Notes under the pieces: model-generated | Databases searched by the model: none | What the model was told of the DNA's origin: nothing | What the model saw: only the letters and a program-made list of their open reading frames with translations | Shown here: positions 8,897 through 17,070 of the stretch, one piece after another | Numbering within the stretch: position 1 is the stretch's first letter | Layout of the letters: each line of letters begins with the position of its first letter | Program-made: the position numbers and the translations under genes | IMG/VR virus record: IMGVR_UViG_3300010043_000004 | Location: 1 to 47,265 of that record | Direction: 5' to 3' (one strand) | DNA: 47,265 nt | From: a virus | Lineage: Duplodnaviria; Caudoviricetes

Positions 8897-10451
8897 AATT
8901 TACCAGCCGTTGAGCCCATGACGGCAAGGTCTTTTCCTTTATCTGTATTGAGTGCATGTCATGCATCTTCTTGTACAGCCAGAAGAATCTCTCTTCTTTG
9001 TCTTCAATTGCCAGCGCTTCTTCTCTGAGTCTGACTTCTTCCGGCTTGAAGCTTGAGCCGCACATGAACACCAAACCCATGCTTGCGCCGTCGTATGCGT
9101 CGTCGCCAATGCCGTTTTCACTGAAGTCTACTTTTCTGATGGCTTCAGTATTGTCCGGATCTCTTACCAGGGTTGGCAGCTGCTCAATCAATTTGGGGCA
9201 GTCCTCGCAGATTTGCCAATGTCCGCTGTCCAGCATCTGAGCCGTCAATCTGGCACGGCTGATTCTTGAGCCGGGTGAGCTGTCTGACGGGAAAGCTTTA
9301 GGGATGCCGGGAGAGAGAGAATCATTGATCAGCGTCATGATGCTCTTCGGCGTCTTGCGGCTGCTTCTAGGGCTTTGCCGCCCAGCATCCCAGCTGAAGG
9401 GAAATGCTACCCATCTTTCGCCTTCGGCTTTCTGAGAGATTCTCTTGGCTAGTTCATCTTCTCCGACATGGCGGCCATACATTTCGCCCCACGTATAGAC
9501 TCTCTTGTTCTCATCTATGGCGTGACAATAAACCGCATGGGGATGATCATAGCCCCAATCACCGCTCAGCCAACGGCGGTACCACGGTTTCAATCTTTTG
9601 TGCAGTTCTTCTTTAGTAATGACGTGTCTGGTTTTAGAGAACTGGGGGAAATATTGACCAACGAATATATCCCAGCTCCCGAACAGCCATGCATCTCTAA
9701 GATGGGGGTCAGTGATTGATGCAAGCTTGAGCCCGTACTCACTTTGCAGAAAATACTCTCTTCTCTCGTCATCCGACCAGCTGTAGTAAGTAGCCGTTGA
9801 GATGTGATCTCTTTTGAGTTCATGCCTGACCCACTCGATGTTGTCCCAGCTGTAAGCTTGCACGAAGCCCCAGCGTTTTCTCTTCTCTGCGGCTTCAAAT
9901 CGTCTCTCAACAAAAACTCGTTTCAAATAAGTCAAGCCTTTTGGTGGCAAGCCAGCTTCTGAAAAACCCGGCATGAACGTGAAGACCATCTTAGGCTTAA
10001 GGTCTGAGTTAGTGCAGCGGTTAGAGCCGCTGAGCCGCTCTAACTCACTCTGAGAAAAATCTTGAGCTTCATCAATCAGAATGTCCGCGAACTCCGCCGA
10101 ATAAAACTGTGACATGTCTGCGTCGTGTTCTGCACTGCCCATGAAGAGCTTGCTGCCACCAGGCAAGCGGAGTTCTTTGTGAGATTCCCGCCACATACTC
10201 TGCAAGAAAGGAAATTCTTCAAACATCTTGACTATGTGAGATTTGTAAAGGTCCGTGTAAGTGCGTCTCAGAATCAAGCCGTTGGTATTCTCATACTTCA
10301 GCCGCCGCATGAGCATACATCTTCTACCACCGCCGCTTTTAGAGCCACCACGAGCCCCACCAAAGCCGATGTTACTCGTCAGCTCGTCGTCCCACAGCTC
10401 CCAAAGCATCGCTTGCTTGGGCTGTAGGCTGATTTTCAGATCCTGATGCAA
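8895..10451 (-). CDS. terL: Terminase large subunit
   Basis: Walker A GGARGGSKS, LILRRTY, Walker B ILIDEAQ, nuclease motifs DWGY and DDAYDG. Confidence 0.95.
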   Translation of the reverse strand: MHQDLKISLQPKQAMLWELWDDELTSNIGFGGARGGSKSGGGRRCMLMRRLKYENTNGLILRRTYTDLYKSHIVKMFEEFPFLQSMWRESHKELRLPGGSKLFMGSAEHDADMSQFYSAEFADILIDEAQDFSQSELERLSGSNRCTNSDLKPKMVFTFMPGFSEAGLPPKGLTYLKRVFVERRFEAAEKRKRWGFVQAYSWDNIEWVRHELKRDHISTATYYSWSDDERREYFLQSEYGLKLASITDPHLRDAWLFGSWDIFVGQYFPQFSKTRHVITKEELHKRLKPWYRRWLSGDWGYDHPHAVYCHAIDENKRVYTWGEMYGRHVGEDELAKRISQKAEGERWVAFPFSWDAGRQSPRSSRKTPKSIMTLINDSLSPGIPKAFPSDSSPGSRISRARLTAQMLDSGHWQICEDCPKLIEQLPTLVRDPDNTEAIRKVDFSENGIGDDAYDGASMGLVFMCGSSFKPEEVRLREEALAIEDKEERFFWLYKKMHDMHSIQIKEKTLPSWAQRLVN

Positions 10452-10818
10452 GCTGTCGGTTTTCTTGTATTACTTCGGCTTGAAGTTCTTGCAGCCTTCT
10501 CGGTTCTTGCCCGATGTACTCGATGACCAACTTGAAAGGCTTCTCTTGCTCGACGTTGACCTTCTGATCTGGCATTCCGTACGCTCTATTAGCCAGAGCG
10601 GTGAAAGTCTTGGGGTCGCCTTTCTTGGCGGACTCCGTGAGAGACTGATAAATCTCATCAAGGTTGCCAACAAACACGGCATGCGCCAGCTCAGCCGCCC
10701 AGTCTCTTCTATCGCGAAACAGCTCCGGGTGCTTGGCTCTGGTTTCCAGATAGCTTCTGGCAAGCTTCTGCCCATCTACTTTTTTGCGTCTCAGTTTTGG
10801 CACTACACAAAACTCCAA
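10372..10818 (-). CDS. terS: Terminase small subunit
   Basis: Immediately upstream of terL; AKKGD...LANRAYGMPDQKV pattern typical of TerS. Confidence 0.75.
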   Translation of the reverse strand: MEFCVVPKLRRKKVDGQKLARSYLETRAKHPELFRDRRDWAAELAHAVFVGNLDEIYQSLTESAKKGDPKTFTALANRAYGMPDQKVNVEQEKPFKLVIEYIGQEPRRLQELQAEVIQENRQLASGSENQPTAQASDALGAVGRRADE

Positions 10819-11072
10819 TGAAATTTAGCGTACTTTCTCTGCGGGTTAGGGTCTTGAAATCTCAGCCCCGGCAGTTCGGTTGGCGGCAGCTGACTGAGCT
10901 GAGCAGTAGGCTTTGGCCCGAAGTGCCCCAGCTCGATGCCAATGAATTTGCCATCCGCATAGACTTCTCTAGCTCTCTTTGCTTGCAGCAGCTTTATGGC
11001 TTCTCTGGTAAGGATGACTAGGCAAGTGTTGACTACATGAATGCGGTTCGGGAGGTTTGGCAGATGCGACAC
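10803..11072 (-). CDS. Hypothetical protein, first gene of the late operon
   Basis: Overlaps the start of terS. Confidence 0.5.
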   Translation of the reverse strand: MSHLPNLPNRIHVVNTCLVILTREAIKLLQAKRAREVYADGKFIGIELGHFGPKPTAQLSQLPPTELPGLRFQDPNPQRKYAKFHWSFV

Positions 11073-11281
11073 AGCAAGAAAGGGGCTACTTCACTTGAGG
11101 TGAGTGACACCAGCTCAGAGAGCTTCAGAGAATAGAGCCGGACAGCAAGCAAGTTTTACCGCTTTCCCCCTGACGGCTTTAAAAATGAGTGCAGTCCGGC
11201 TTGCTCACGCCTTCCGACCAGATTTGATGCTATCACTACTTGTCAAGCAGTGTTAAAATTTAATGCTCAGAATTGAAATCC

Positions 11282-11590
11282 GCAGGCTCTTTCTAAACCA
11301 ACACTAGACAACTGCAAAATTGAAGTTCGGCAAGGCGGCAATCTGGGCTTGCTTGACATTCATGGTACAAAGGACGTGCTGGCACAGATCGATGCAAGCC
11401 CCCAAAGCTTGGAAACTGAGCTAGTACAGCAAGGGGTCTTAGGCGTACCCCTTACATGCAAGCGCCTAGAGCGCATGGGCTTACCTATGCAAAACGGCTG
11501 GGAACTTCTCGGTCTCAGCAAGACTTTGAGAGGATCGAACTTAAAGTCGCAGAGGAGCTTGGGTTTCGCTAAGCCTAAGCTCCTTCTTTC
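11282..11590 (+). ncRNA. Putative large structured RNA (multiple hairpins, H-type pseudoknot, terminal terminator-like hairpin)
   Basis: Seven or more contiguous helices whose non-Watson-Crick pairs are G-U on the + strand; extended -10 TGtTAAAAT at 11251-11259. Confidence 0.7.
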
Positions 11591-11605
11591 AAAGGAGAAA
11601 AAGCC

Positions 11606-11893
11606 ATGACTGCTGAAGAGACTGCCAGGATGGCGGATTTGATCGAGAGAAATGCTCTCTTGAGCGGCACGCTGCTGAGAAAATCTGAAGAGAGAACTGA
11701 CAAGCTGATCGAGCTGCAAATGAAGCTCAGAAAGCTTGAAGATCAGCACTGCTATTGCATGAATGAGCTGAAGAAAGCTGAGGCCATGAAGAAGCAGGCC
11801 GTTGAGCTGCTGCGCGACATCTTGGATTGCCTGGACCCAATGAGCGAACAGCACGAAGCTGCGAAGAAGTGGCTGAAGGATGCAGGATCGTGA
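11606..11893 (+). CDS. Coiled-coil hypothetical protein
   Basis: AAAGGAGAAA SD then ATG. Confidence 0.75.
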   Translation: MTAEETARMADLIERNALLSGTLLRKSEERTDKLIELQMKLRKLEDQHCYCMNELKKAEAMKKQAVELLRDILDCLDPMSEQHEAAKKWLKDAGS

Positions 11894-12186
11894 TCAACCC
11901 TAGAACTATCACGCTCGATGAAGTCAAACAGGAACTCGATCTAGCCAGGAAGCAGTGCGAGGAAGCCTCGAGGATTCACCGCGTGGCCGAAGCGACGATT
12001 GACCGTCTGGAGAAGGAACGGGACGGATACAAGAAGTCAGCCCTTGAATTCGCCGAACATGCTACGAGGCTTGAGAAAGAGCGCGATGAATTGAAATCCG
12101 CGATTCGGCACATGGGCGAAATGGCGGAGGTGAGCACATACATGCCGTTGATAACCAGGGCGGCCGAGCTGCTGCCGCTCTGCTGA
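11890..12186 (+). CDS. Coiled-coil hypothetical protein
   Basis: GTGA overlap with the previous gene; LEKERD repeats. Confidence 0.65.
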   Translation: MINPRTITLDEVKQELDLARKQCEEASRIHRVAEATIDRLEKERDGYKKSALEFAEHATRLEKERDELKSAIRHMGEMAEVSTYMPLITRAAELLPLC

Positions 12187-12276
12187 AGACGGCAGTACTT
12201 GGCACGAAGATGACCCCTATCATGCATTGTGGGTAGAGAAGCGCAACGAATGGCTGAAGAATGCAGGGTTTAACAA

Positions 12277-12495
12277 GTGAAACAGCCAAACGATCTGTTC
12301 CTGCGAAAGCTCTGCGAAGCTGTAATCGAGTCGAAGCATCGGAACGTAGCAGAGCATTTGATGAATGGGCTTCTGTGGGCGTCCTATCCTGAGTGGTACG
12401 AATGGTACATAAAGTTGCCAAAGGAGCGGCTGGATCGCGGGTGCAGCAAGCGGTCAAAGGCCGAATTGCGCGATATGCTGGAGAAGCTGAAATGA
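12277..12495 (+). CDS. Hypothetical protein
   Basis: ORF coupled to the next gene (ATGA). Confidence 0.5.
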   Translation: MKQPNDLFLRKLCEAVIESKHRNVAEHLMNGLLWASYPEWYEWYIKLPKERLDRGCSKRSKAELRDMLEKLK

Positions 12496-12689
12496 CGAAG
12501 ATCTGGGAAGTGAATGAAGAGACGCTGAAGCGCATGGAGAAGGCTGAAAAAGAACGTGAGCAGTTGGAGCAACAAGTCTTCCATTTGAAGCAACTGCTCG
12601 ATCATTACCGGGAACGCGAGAAGCATGCCGCCGAACTGCTGCGCGACGAGAACTCAACCGGCGAATCTTGGATTGTGCAGCGCGACTAG
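12492..12689 (+). CDS. Coiled-coil hypothetical protein (MTKIWEVNEE...)
   Basis: GGAG SD; ATGA overlap. Confidence 0.6.
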   Translation: MTKIWEVNEETLKRMEKAEKEREQLEQQVFHLKQLLDHYREREKHAAELLRDENSTGESWIVQRD

Positions 12690-12824
12690 TGGTTCCGAGA
12701 TGCGGGGGCGGAGCTGCAATGACTTGCCACTTTGAAGGCCCGCAGCTGATTATCTGCTACGTGCAGCAGCTAAAGCTTGTCCGCAAACCAGTGCTGAAGA
12801 AGCCTACAAAGAAAAAGAAAGTGC

Positions 12825-13139
12825 ATGATCAAGCTCAAAAGCAAAGTGAATTGGAAGAAAGTCGGTCAGTTTCTCGGCGGTGACTGCTATCAGTGGGGCG
12901 ATGTGAAAGTCATTGTCAACAAAGAAATGGGCTTGTGGCACTTGAGCATCTCACTGAGCTATCGCTACCCTACTTGGGATGAAATCTACACTGCTTGGTA
13001 TGACTTGATCCCAGATGCCCAGAGCATTCGTGGTGCATTGATCTTGCCACCAAAGACGGAATACGTGAATGTGCATGCCAACTGCTTTCACATTCACCAG
13101 CTGCAAGATGCTGAACTGCCTGCTACACTAGTGCTGTAA
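12825..13139 (+). CDS. Conserved phage protein of the WxHxSxS...PTWDE...PPKxEYVNxHxNCxH family
   Basis: WHLSISLSYRYPTWDEI...LPPKTEYVNVHANCFHI. Confidence 0.8.
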   Translation: MIKLKSKVNWKKVGQFLGGDCYQWGDVKVIVNKEMGLWHLSISLSYRYPTWDEIYTAWYDLIPDAQSIRGALILPPKTEYVNVHANCFHIHQLQDAELPATLVL

Positions 13140-13766
13140 AAAGAGAGAGCTAGACATAAAACCAGAAAAATCTTAATAGGCTGCTGACACCCTTTTTTCA
13201 TGCCTAGAATCAACTGCTTGAAGAGCAAGAGAATCCTATGCCCAAAATTAGGCTTGAAAGCCACGCGTCCACGTGGTGGGTCCTCCCTACCGTCCGGGTA
13301 TCGGGGGCCCTGCATCTGGCTGAAAACAAACCGCCGCCCGCCTAAGCTGCTGAAAACAACGAACAACTCCGCAGCTGAAAGTGACAACCGGTGTAACACT
13401 GCTGCACAGCAGCTGCAGAACCCTGTTGTGATTTCTGGTACAAAGCACAACACAGTGCAAACAATCAGCTTGCAGCCTGCTTTTGATTTCACTGTGATTT
13501 CAGCTTGCAGCAAACCGTCTAGGATCACGTAGGAACCTGCCCTGATCTTTTCCGATGCTCAGCCACAGCTGAGAGCCAGGAAGCTGCCCAGCAGCAAAAG
13601 CGAGCTGTAAACACTCGCCTTGATAACCACTTCAATCATCTTCTACAGCATCATTACAGCACAGCTTGCAGCACTCAGAGCATTTAGTTTTATGTCTGTG
13701 TCAAACCTGACACTGTGCAAAACTGGCTTACAATGATGATTCTACAGCACTAATAAATTTGAGATA
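13140..13766. other. Non-coding region of about 630 bp; candidate genome terminus/packaging site
   Basis: No credible gene; GC-rich core 13261-13315; repeats GCTGAAAACAA x2, CAGCTTGCAGC x3, TGTGATTTC x2; lies just before the strong early promoters. Confidence 0.4.
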
Positions 13767-13770
13767 GTGC

Positions 13771-13799
13771 TTGACATAAAACCGAATGTTTGGTATTGT
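13771..13799 (+). promoter_or_regulatory. Early promoter P1 with operator ACCGAATGTTTGGT
   Basis: TTGACA-17-TATTGT. Confidence 0.85.
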
Positions 13800-13838
13800 C
13801 TTTACATGATGTTGAGCACAAACAAAGGAGAAAGCACA

Positions 13839-14219
13839 ATGACAAACTTCTCACAGACACTCAGCTGCAAGTACTGCGGACAGTTCTTCAGCCAAAGCAT
13901 GACACACAGAGCACATGAGAAAGCTTGCAACTTCCGCGAGAGAAACAACACAGCAGAAGTTGAAGCACTGACGCAGCAGCTGATCAGCGAGAAGAAGAGA
14001 GCTGATGACAATGATGTACTGATCGGGCAGCTCCGCAGACAGATTGCGGAGCTTAAAGCACAGCAGCTCACTTGGCATGAGATTGCAGAAACGCTGGCTT
14101 GCCTAGATGAGCGTAAGCAGTATCTGCGGCGGCACAACATCCCAGCTGAGAATCTTGAGTTCAAACTGATTGACACTATCCGCACAAAGCTGCAAGCCCG
14201 AACAAGCTTTGAAGAATAG
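13839..14219 (+). CDS. Zn-finger/coiled-coil early protein (alternative leaderless start at 13806)
   Basis: AAAGGAGAAAGC SD; CKYC...HRAHEKAC. Confidence 0.8.
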   Translation: MTNFSQTLSCKYCGQFFSQSMTHRAHEKACNFRERNNTAEVEALTQQLISEKKRADDNDVLIGQLRRQIAELKAQQLTWHEIAETLACLDERKQYLRRHNIPAENLEFKLIDTIRTKLQARTSFEE

Positions 14220-14272
14220 TGTACGGACGACTTTACTTTTCTCTTGACACATAACCAAACGTTCGGTAGTAT
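14219..14272 (+). promoter_or_regulatory. Early promoter P2 with upstream box GTGTACGGACGA and operator ACCAAACGTTCGGT
   Basis: TTGACA(14244)-17-TAGTAT. Confidence 0.85.
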
Positions 14273-14318
14273 CACTTACATGATGCAGCGAGATACAACA
14301 CAAAAGGAGAAAACGACA

Positions 14319-14537
14319 ATGAATCTATTCGAGCTGAAGCCGGGCACAGTCTGTGAGTTCAACGGAGCTACTGTGAAGCTTGTGAAGCAAGTAGCAGCTC
14401 ATGAGGGGCAGACCTGGAAAGTGCAAGATGTCAAGACAAGAGAGACTTTTGTAGTTGAGCCGCAGTTCCGCAACTGGCTGAAGCCAGTGACTGAGCAACT
14501 GATGAATGTCGGTGAGCCGTATTCACATTTGAGCTAG
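14319..14537 (+). CDS. Small beta-rich (SH3-like) early protein (alternative start at 14280)
   Basis: AAAAGGAGAAA SD. Confidence 0.75.
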   Translation: MNLFELKPGTVCEFNGATVKLVKQVAAHEGQTWKVQDVKTRETFVVEPQFRNWLKPVTEQLMNVGEPYSHLS

Positions 14538-14606
14538 CTGTGAAGCTTTGAAGAGTGAGCTGCTGAGCAGCCTGCTCTTGAAAGATCACACTCAAAGGAG
14601 AAAGCA

Positions 14607-15116
14607 ATGTCAAAGCAGATTGATTATCAGCTGAAAGCAGTTGAAGACGATGCAGTTGCCGCCAATAACAGCAAAGTGCTTAGTGCTGCTGCATTCAAGC
14701 TAGCCCGCAGCAGTTACATCGGCATGGGACACAAAGCACTGGCCGAGATGACAGTCTACAAGGACAAAGAGCGCGATGCACTGCAAGCTGAGATTGCTGA
14801 GCTGAGAGAGCAGCTTGAAGAAGCCCGCATTGACAACAAGAACTTGAAAGCAGAGTGAGATGCTGAAGCCGCAGCCAAGACTGCAACAGCTGAGAAGCTT
14901 ATGCAAGTGAGAGAGCAGTATCAAGCTGAAGCAGCTCACACAGAAGACCAAGCCGGTGAGACTGTAGAGCAGCTCAGCTTTCAGCGTGACAACTTGTTGT
15001 TTGACAATGAGCAGCTCAAGAAAGCACTGCTAGCTAGAGCAGAAGAGATTGAGCAGCTGAAGCTTGAAGCAGCTCAAAAGCTCAGCTCAATCCGGGCAAA
15101 GCTTGCTCAAATCTAA
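14607..15116 (+). pseudogene. Coiled-coil early gene interrupted by a single in-frame TGA (14856-14858)
   Basis: ORFs 14607..14858 and 14901..15116 are in the same frame and read continuously as LKAE*DAEAAAK. Confidence 0.6.
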
Positions 15117-15165
15117 GCTCCCCAGAGAAAAGTGCACAAACGAGTATTTTCTGTGCACTTTTCTA

Positions 15166-15194
15166 TTGACATATAACCGAGTGTTGGGTATTAT
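15166..15194 (+). promoter_or_regulatory. Early promoter P3 with operator ACCGAGTGTTGGGT
   Basis: TTGACA-17-TATTAT; upstream inverted repeat GAAAAGTGCACA/TGTGCACTTTTC. Confidence 0.85.
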
Positions 15195-15234
15195 CTCATT
15201 ATTGCAGTTGAGATTGAAACAAAGGAGAAAGCAA

Positions 15235-15771
15235 ATGCCAATAGTAAACATGGCCTTCAAAGAGAAAGACATCCCAGCCGGAGCAGTGAATGTCCGCGAA
15301 TATCGAGACAACAGCACAACCGACCCAAACCCGATGTGGCTGTATGACACCTTCACTGGCTGCTGCGTTTCTGAGCGTGAGATGAACGGCTACAACGATT
15401 CTGATTTCTACATGACAGTGTGGGATGAGACTGAGCAGAAGTTCAAGAGCATCATGTTCGCCACTACTCGCGGTTGGACCTATCCCTGCTTGGCTAGCCG
15501 AGTTGATGCAACTGAAGAAGTGATGGCCCGCTATCAAGCCAAGCTGCAAGCTGAGAGAGAGCAAGCGCAAGCTGAGCGGGATGCCAGAATCAAGCGGACT
15601 CCTGCCAAGGGCAAGACGCTCAAAGTTGTCAAAGGACGCAAAGTGAAGATTGGGACTGTTGGCCTGTGCATCTGGGCTGGCTCAAGCAACTACGGTGACC
15701 GAGTGGGGATCAAGACCGATGATGGACAAGTGCACTGGACAGCAGCCTCAAACGTCGAGGTTGTCCTATAA
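15235..15771 (+). CDS. Conserved phage early protein with C-terminal KOW/SH3-like domain
   Basis: NGYNDSDFY, ATTRGW, VVKGRKVKIGTVG...RVGIK motifs; SD. Confidence 0.8.
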   Translation: MPIVNMAFKEKDIPAGAVNVREYRDNSTTDPNPMWLYDTFTGCCVSEREMNGYNDSDFYMTVWDETEQKFKSIMFATTRGWTYPCLASRVDATEEVMARYQAKLQAEREQAQAERDARIKRTPAKGKTLKVVKGRKVKIGTVGLCIWAGSSNYGDRVGIKTDDGQVHWTAASNVEVVL

Positions 15772-15827
15772 CTCACAGCTGAGCTGGGCAGCTGCAAAGC
15801 TGCTCAGCTCTCACAAAGGAGAAAGCA

Positions 15828-16079
15828 ATGATCGAGCCAGTATATGTGACTTGCATGGGAGCTGTGTGGAAACTGACAAGCAAGCAATACAAACGATTCT
15901 TGCATGATGTAGCTCAACAAATGCATTGGGACCTCAACGACTACGGCAAGCTAGTGAGCAGCGATCTTAAGCAAGTCACCGACATTGAAAAGCGCGATGC
16001 ATTTGACGAGCTAGATTCTCATTTCAGTTGTGCTTGCTCAGTCTGCACAAGACACAAAGAACAGTGTACGGACGAGTAA
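15828..16079 (+). CDS. Hypothetical early protein
   Basis: AAAGGAGAAAGC SD preceded by a hairpin. Confidence 0.75.
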   Translation: MIEPVYVTCMGAVWKLTSKQYKRFLHDVAQQMHWDLNDYGKLVSSDLKQVTDIEKRDAFDELDSHFSCACSVCTRHKEQCTDE

Positions 16080-16117
16080 AGCTAATGCTTGACAAGAATC
16101 CAAACACTCGGTATTAT
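16064..16117 (+). promoter_or_regulatory. Early promoter P4 with box GTGTACGGACGA and operator TCCAAACACTCGGT
   Basis: TTGACA(16089)-17-TATTAT. Confidence 0.9.
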
Positions 16118-16159
16118 CTGATTATGTTGATGCAGCATACAAGCAAAAAGGAGAAAACA

Positions 16160-16387
16160 ATGAAGATTGTTCTAATCAAGACTCAGAAAGGTTGGATGGC
16201 TGAGTACTTCGGGAAAGATGCTTACGTAGAGAAGATTATCAACCTGTTCGGCACTCACATTCTGCCGACAGCTTTCACCGCCGCAGCTCCTGCACATCAA
16301 GTGCTGTCAGCAATTCAACAGCTCAACCCGACCGCTGATGTCTGGCTGGACAATGAGCGCAACTTTGACTTCGGAGGTCGGCGATGA
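16160..16387 (+). CDS. Small early protein with LFGTxxLPxxFTA motif, paralogue A (alternative start at 16124)
   Basis: SD; homologous to 17071..17286. Confidence 0.8.
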   Translation: MKIVLIKTQKGWMAEYFGKDAYVEKIINLFGTHILPTAFTAAAPAHQVLSAIQQLNPTADVWLDNERNFDFGGRR

Positions 16388-16479
16388 AGATTAGTGAAGT
16401 TGTGAGCAAGCTGACTGACTTGCAGCACATGCACGGTGACATCGAAGTTGCTTTAGTCGGTGATAGCGCACACAGCTGA
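16384..16479 (+). CDS. Very small, possibly truncated protein (MKISEVVSKLTDLQHMHGDIEV...)
   Basis: GGAGG SD; ATGA overlap. Confidence 0.45.
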   Translation: MKISEVVSKLTDLQHMHGDIEVALVGDSAHS

Positions 16480-16537
16480 GCAGAAGAAACCGCTGTTTGA
16501 GCAAGCTCTCAGCTATCAAGAGTCACTCACAAAATCA

Positions 16538-16566
16538 GGGCTGCCGCGCAAGCGGTAGCCTTTTCT
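16538..16566 (+). terminator. Intrinsic terminator
   Basis: GGGCTGCCGC-GCAA-GCGGTAGCCT followed by TTTCT. Confidence 0.7.
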
Positions 16567-16583
16567 CAAAAGGAGAAATGTTC

Positions 16584-16832
16584 ATGGCAAAGAACGGACT
16601 CAGCAATCAACTGCTCGGCAAGTGCATTGTAGCTAAGCCGAACTACGGCAGCCCGAGCGAGAGAGACACAGTGAACTGGACCGTCTGGGCTGGCTTGCAG
16701 CCGAACGCGGGCGGCGAGTGGGTGGCGATAATTGATGCTGTCTGGACTGAGGACGGATCCGTGAAAGCAATAGTGCACGATGTGCACGGCAGCACCAAAG
16801 AGCTGTGGCTTATGCAGGTGAACCTGAAATGA
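16584..16832 (+). CDS. Hypothetical early protein
   Basis: AAAAGGAGAAA SD. Confidence 0.7.
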   Translation: MAKNGLSNQLLGKCIVAKPNYGSPSERDTVNWTVWAGLQPNAGGEWVAIIDAVWTEDGSVKAIVHDVHGSTKELWLMQVNLK

Positions 16833-16974
16833 AGCTGAACAAAAAACAGGCTGACCGCACTCTACACGCGAAGTTTGACGATGATGCCTTGATCTTGATT
16901 GAGAGAGAGCGGCCGCAAGTGTGTCTATGCAGCTTGGGAAGTCTATGCCGATGACTACACCGGCAAAGCAATCC

Positions 16975-17028
16975 GTGTACGGTCGAGTCAAGAAACATCT
17001 TGACAAGAATCCAAACACTCGGTATTAT
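16975..17028 (+). promoter_or_regulatory. Early promoter P5, near-identical to P4
   Basis: GTGTACGGTCGA-13-TTGACA(17000)-17-TATTAT. Confidence 0.9.
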
Positions 17029-17070
17029 CTCATTATGTTGATGCAGCAAACAACTTCAAAGGAGAAAGCA

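Noticed and set aside
11349-11609. 86-aa + strand ORF
   Set aside because: No SD or convincing start, and the region is better explained by RNA structure
13094-13532. ORFs 13200..13532 (+) and 13094..13528 (-)
   Set aside because: No SD, atypical composition, and they overlap a repeat-rich intergenic region
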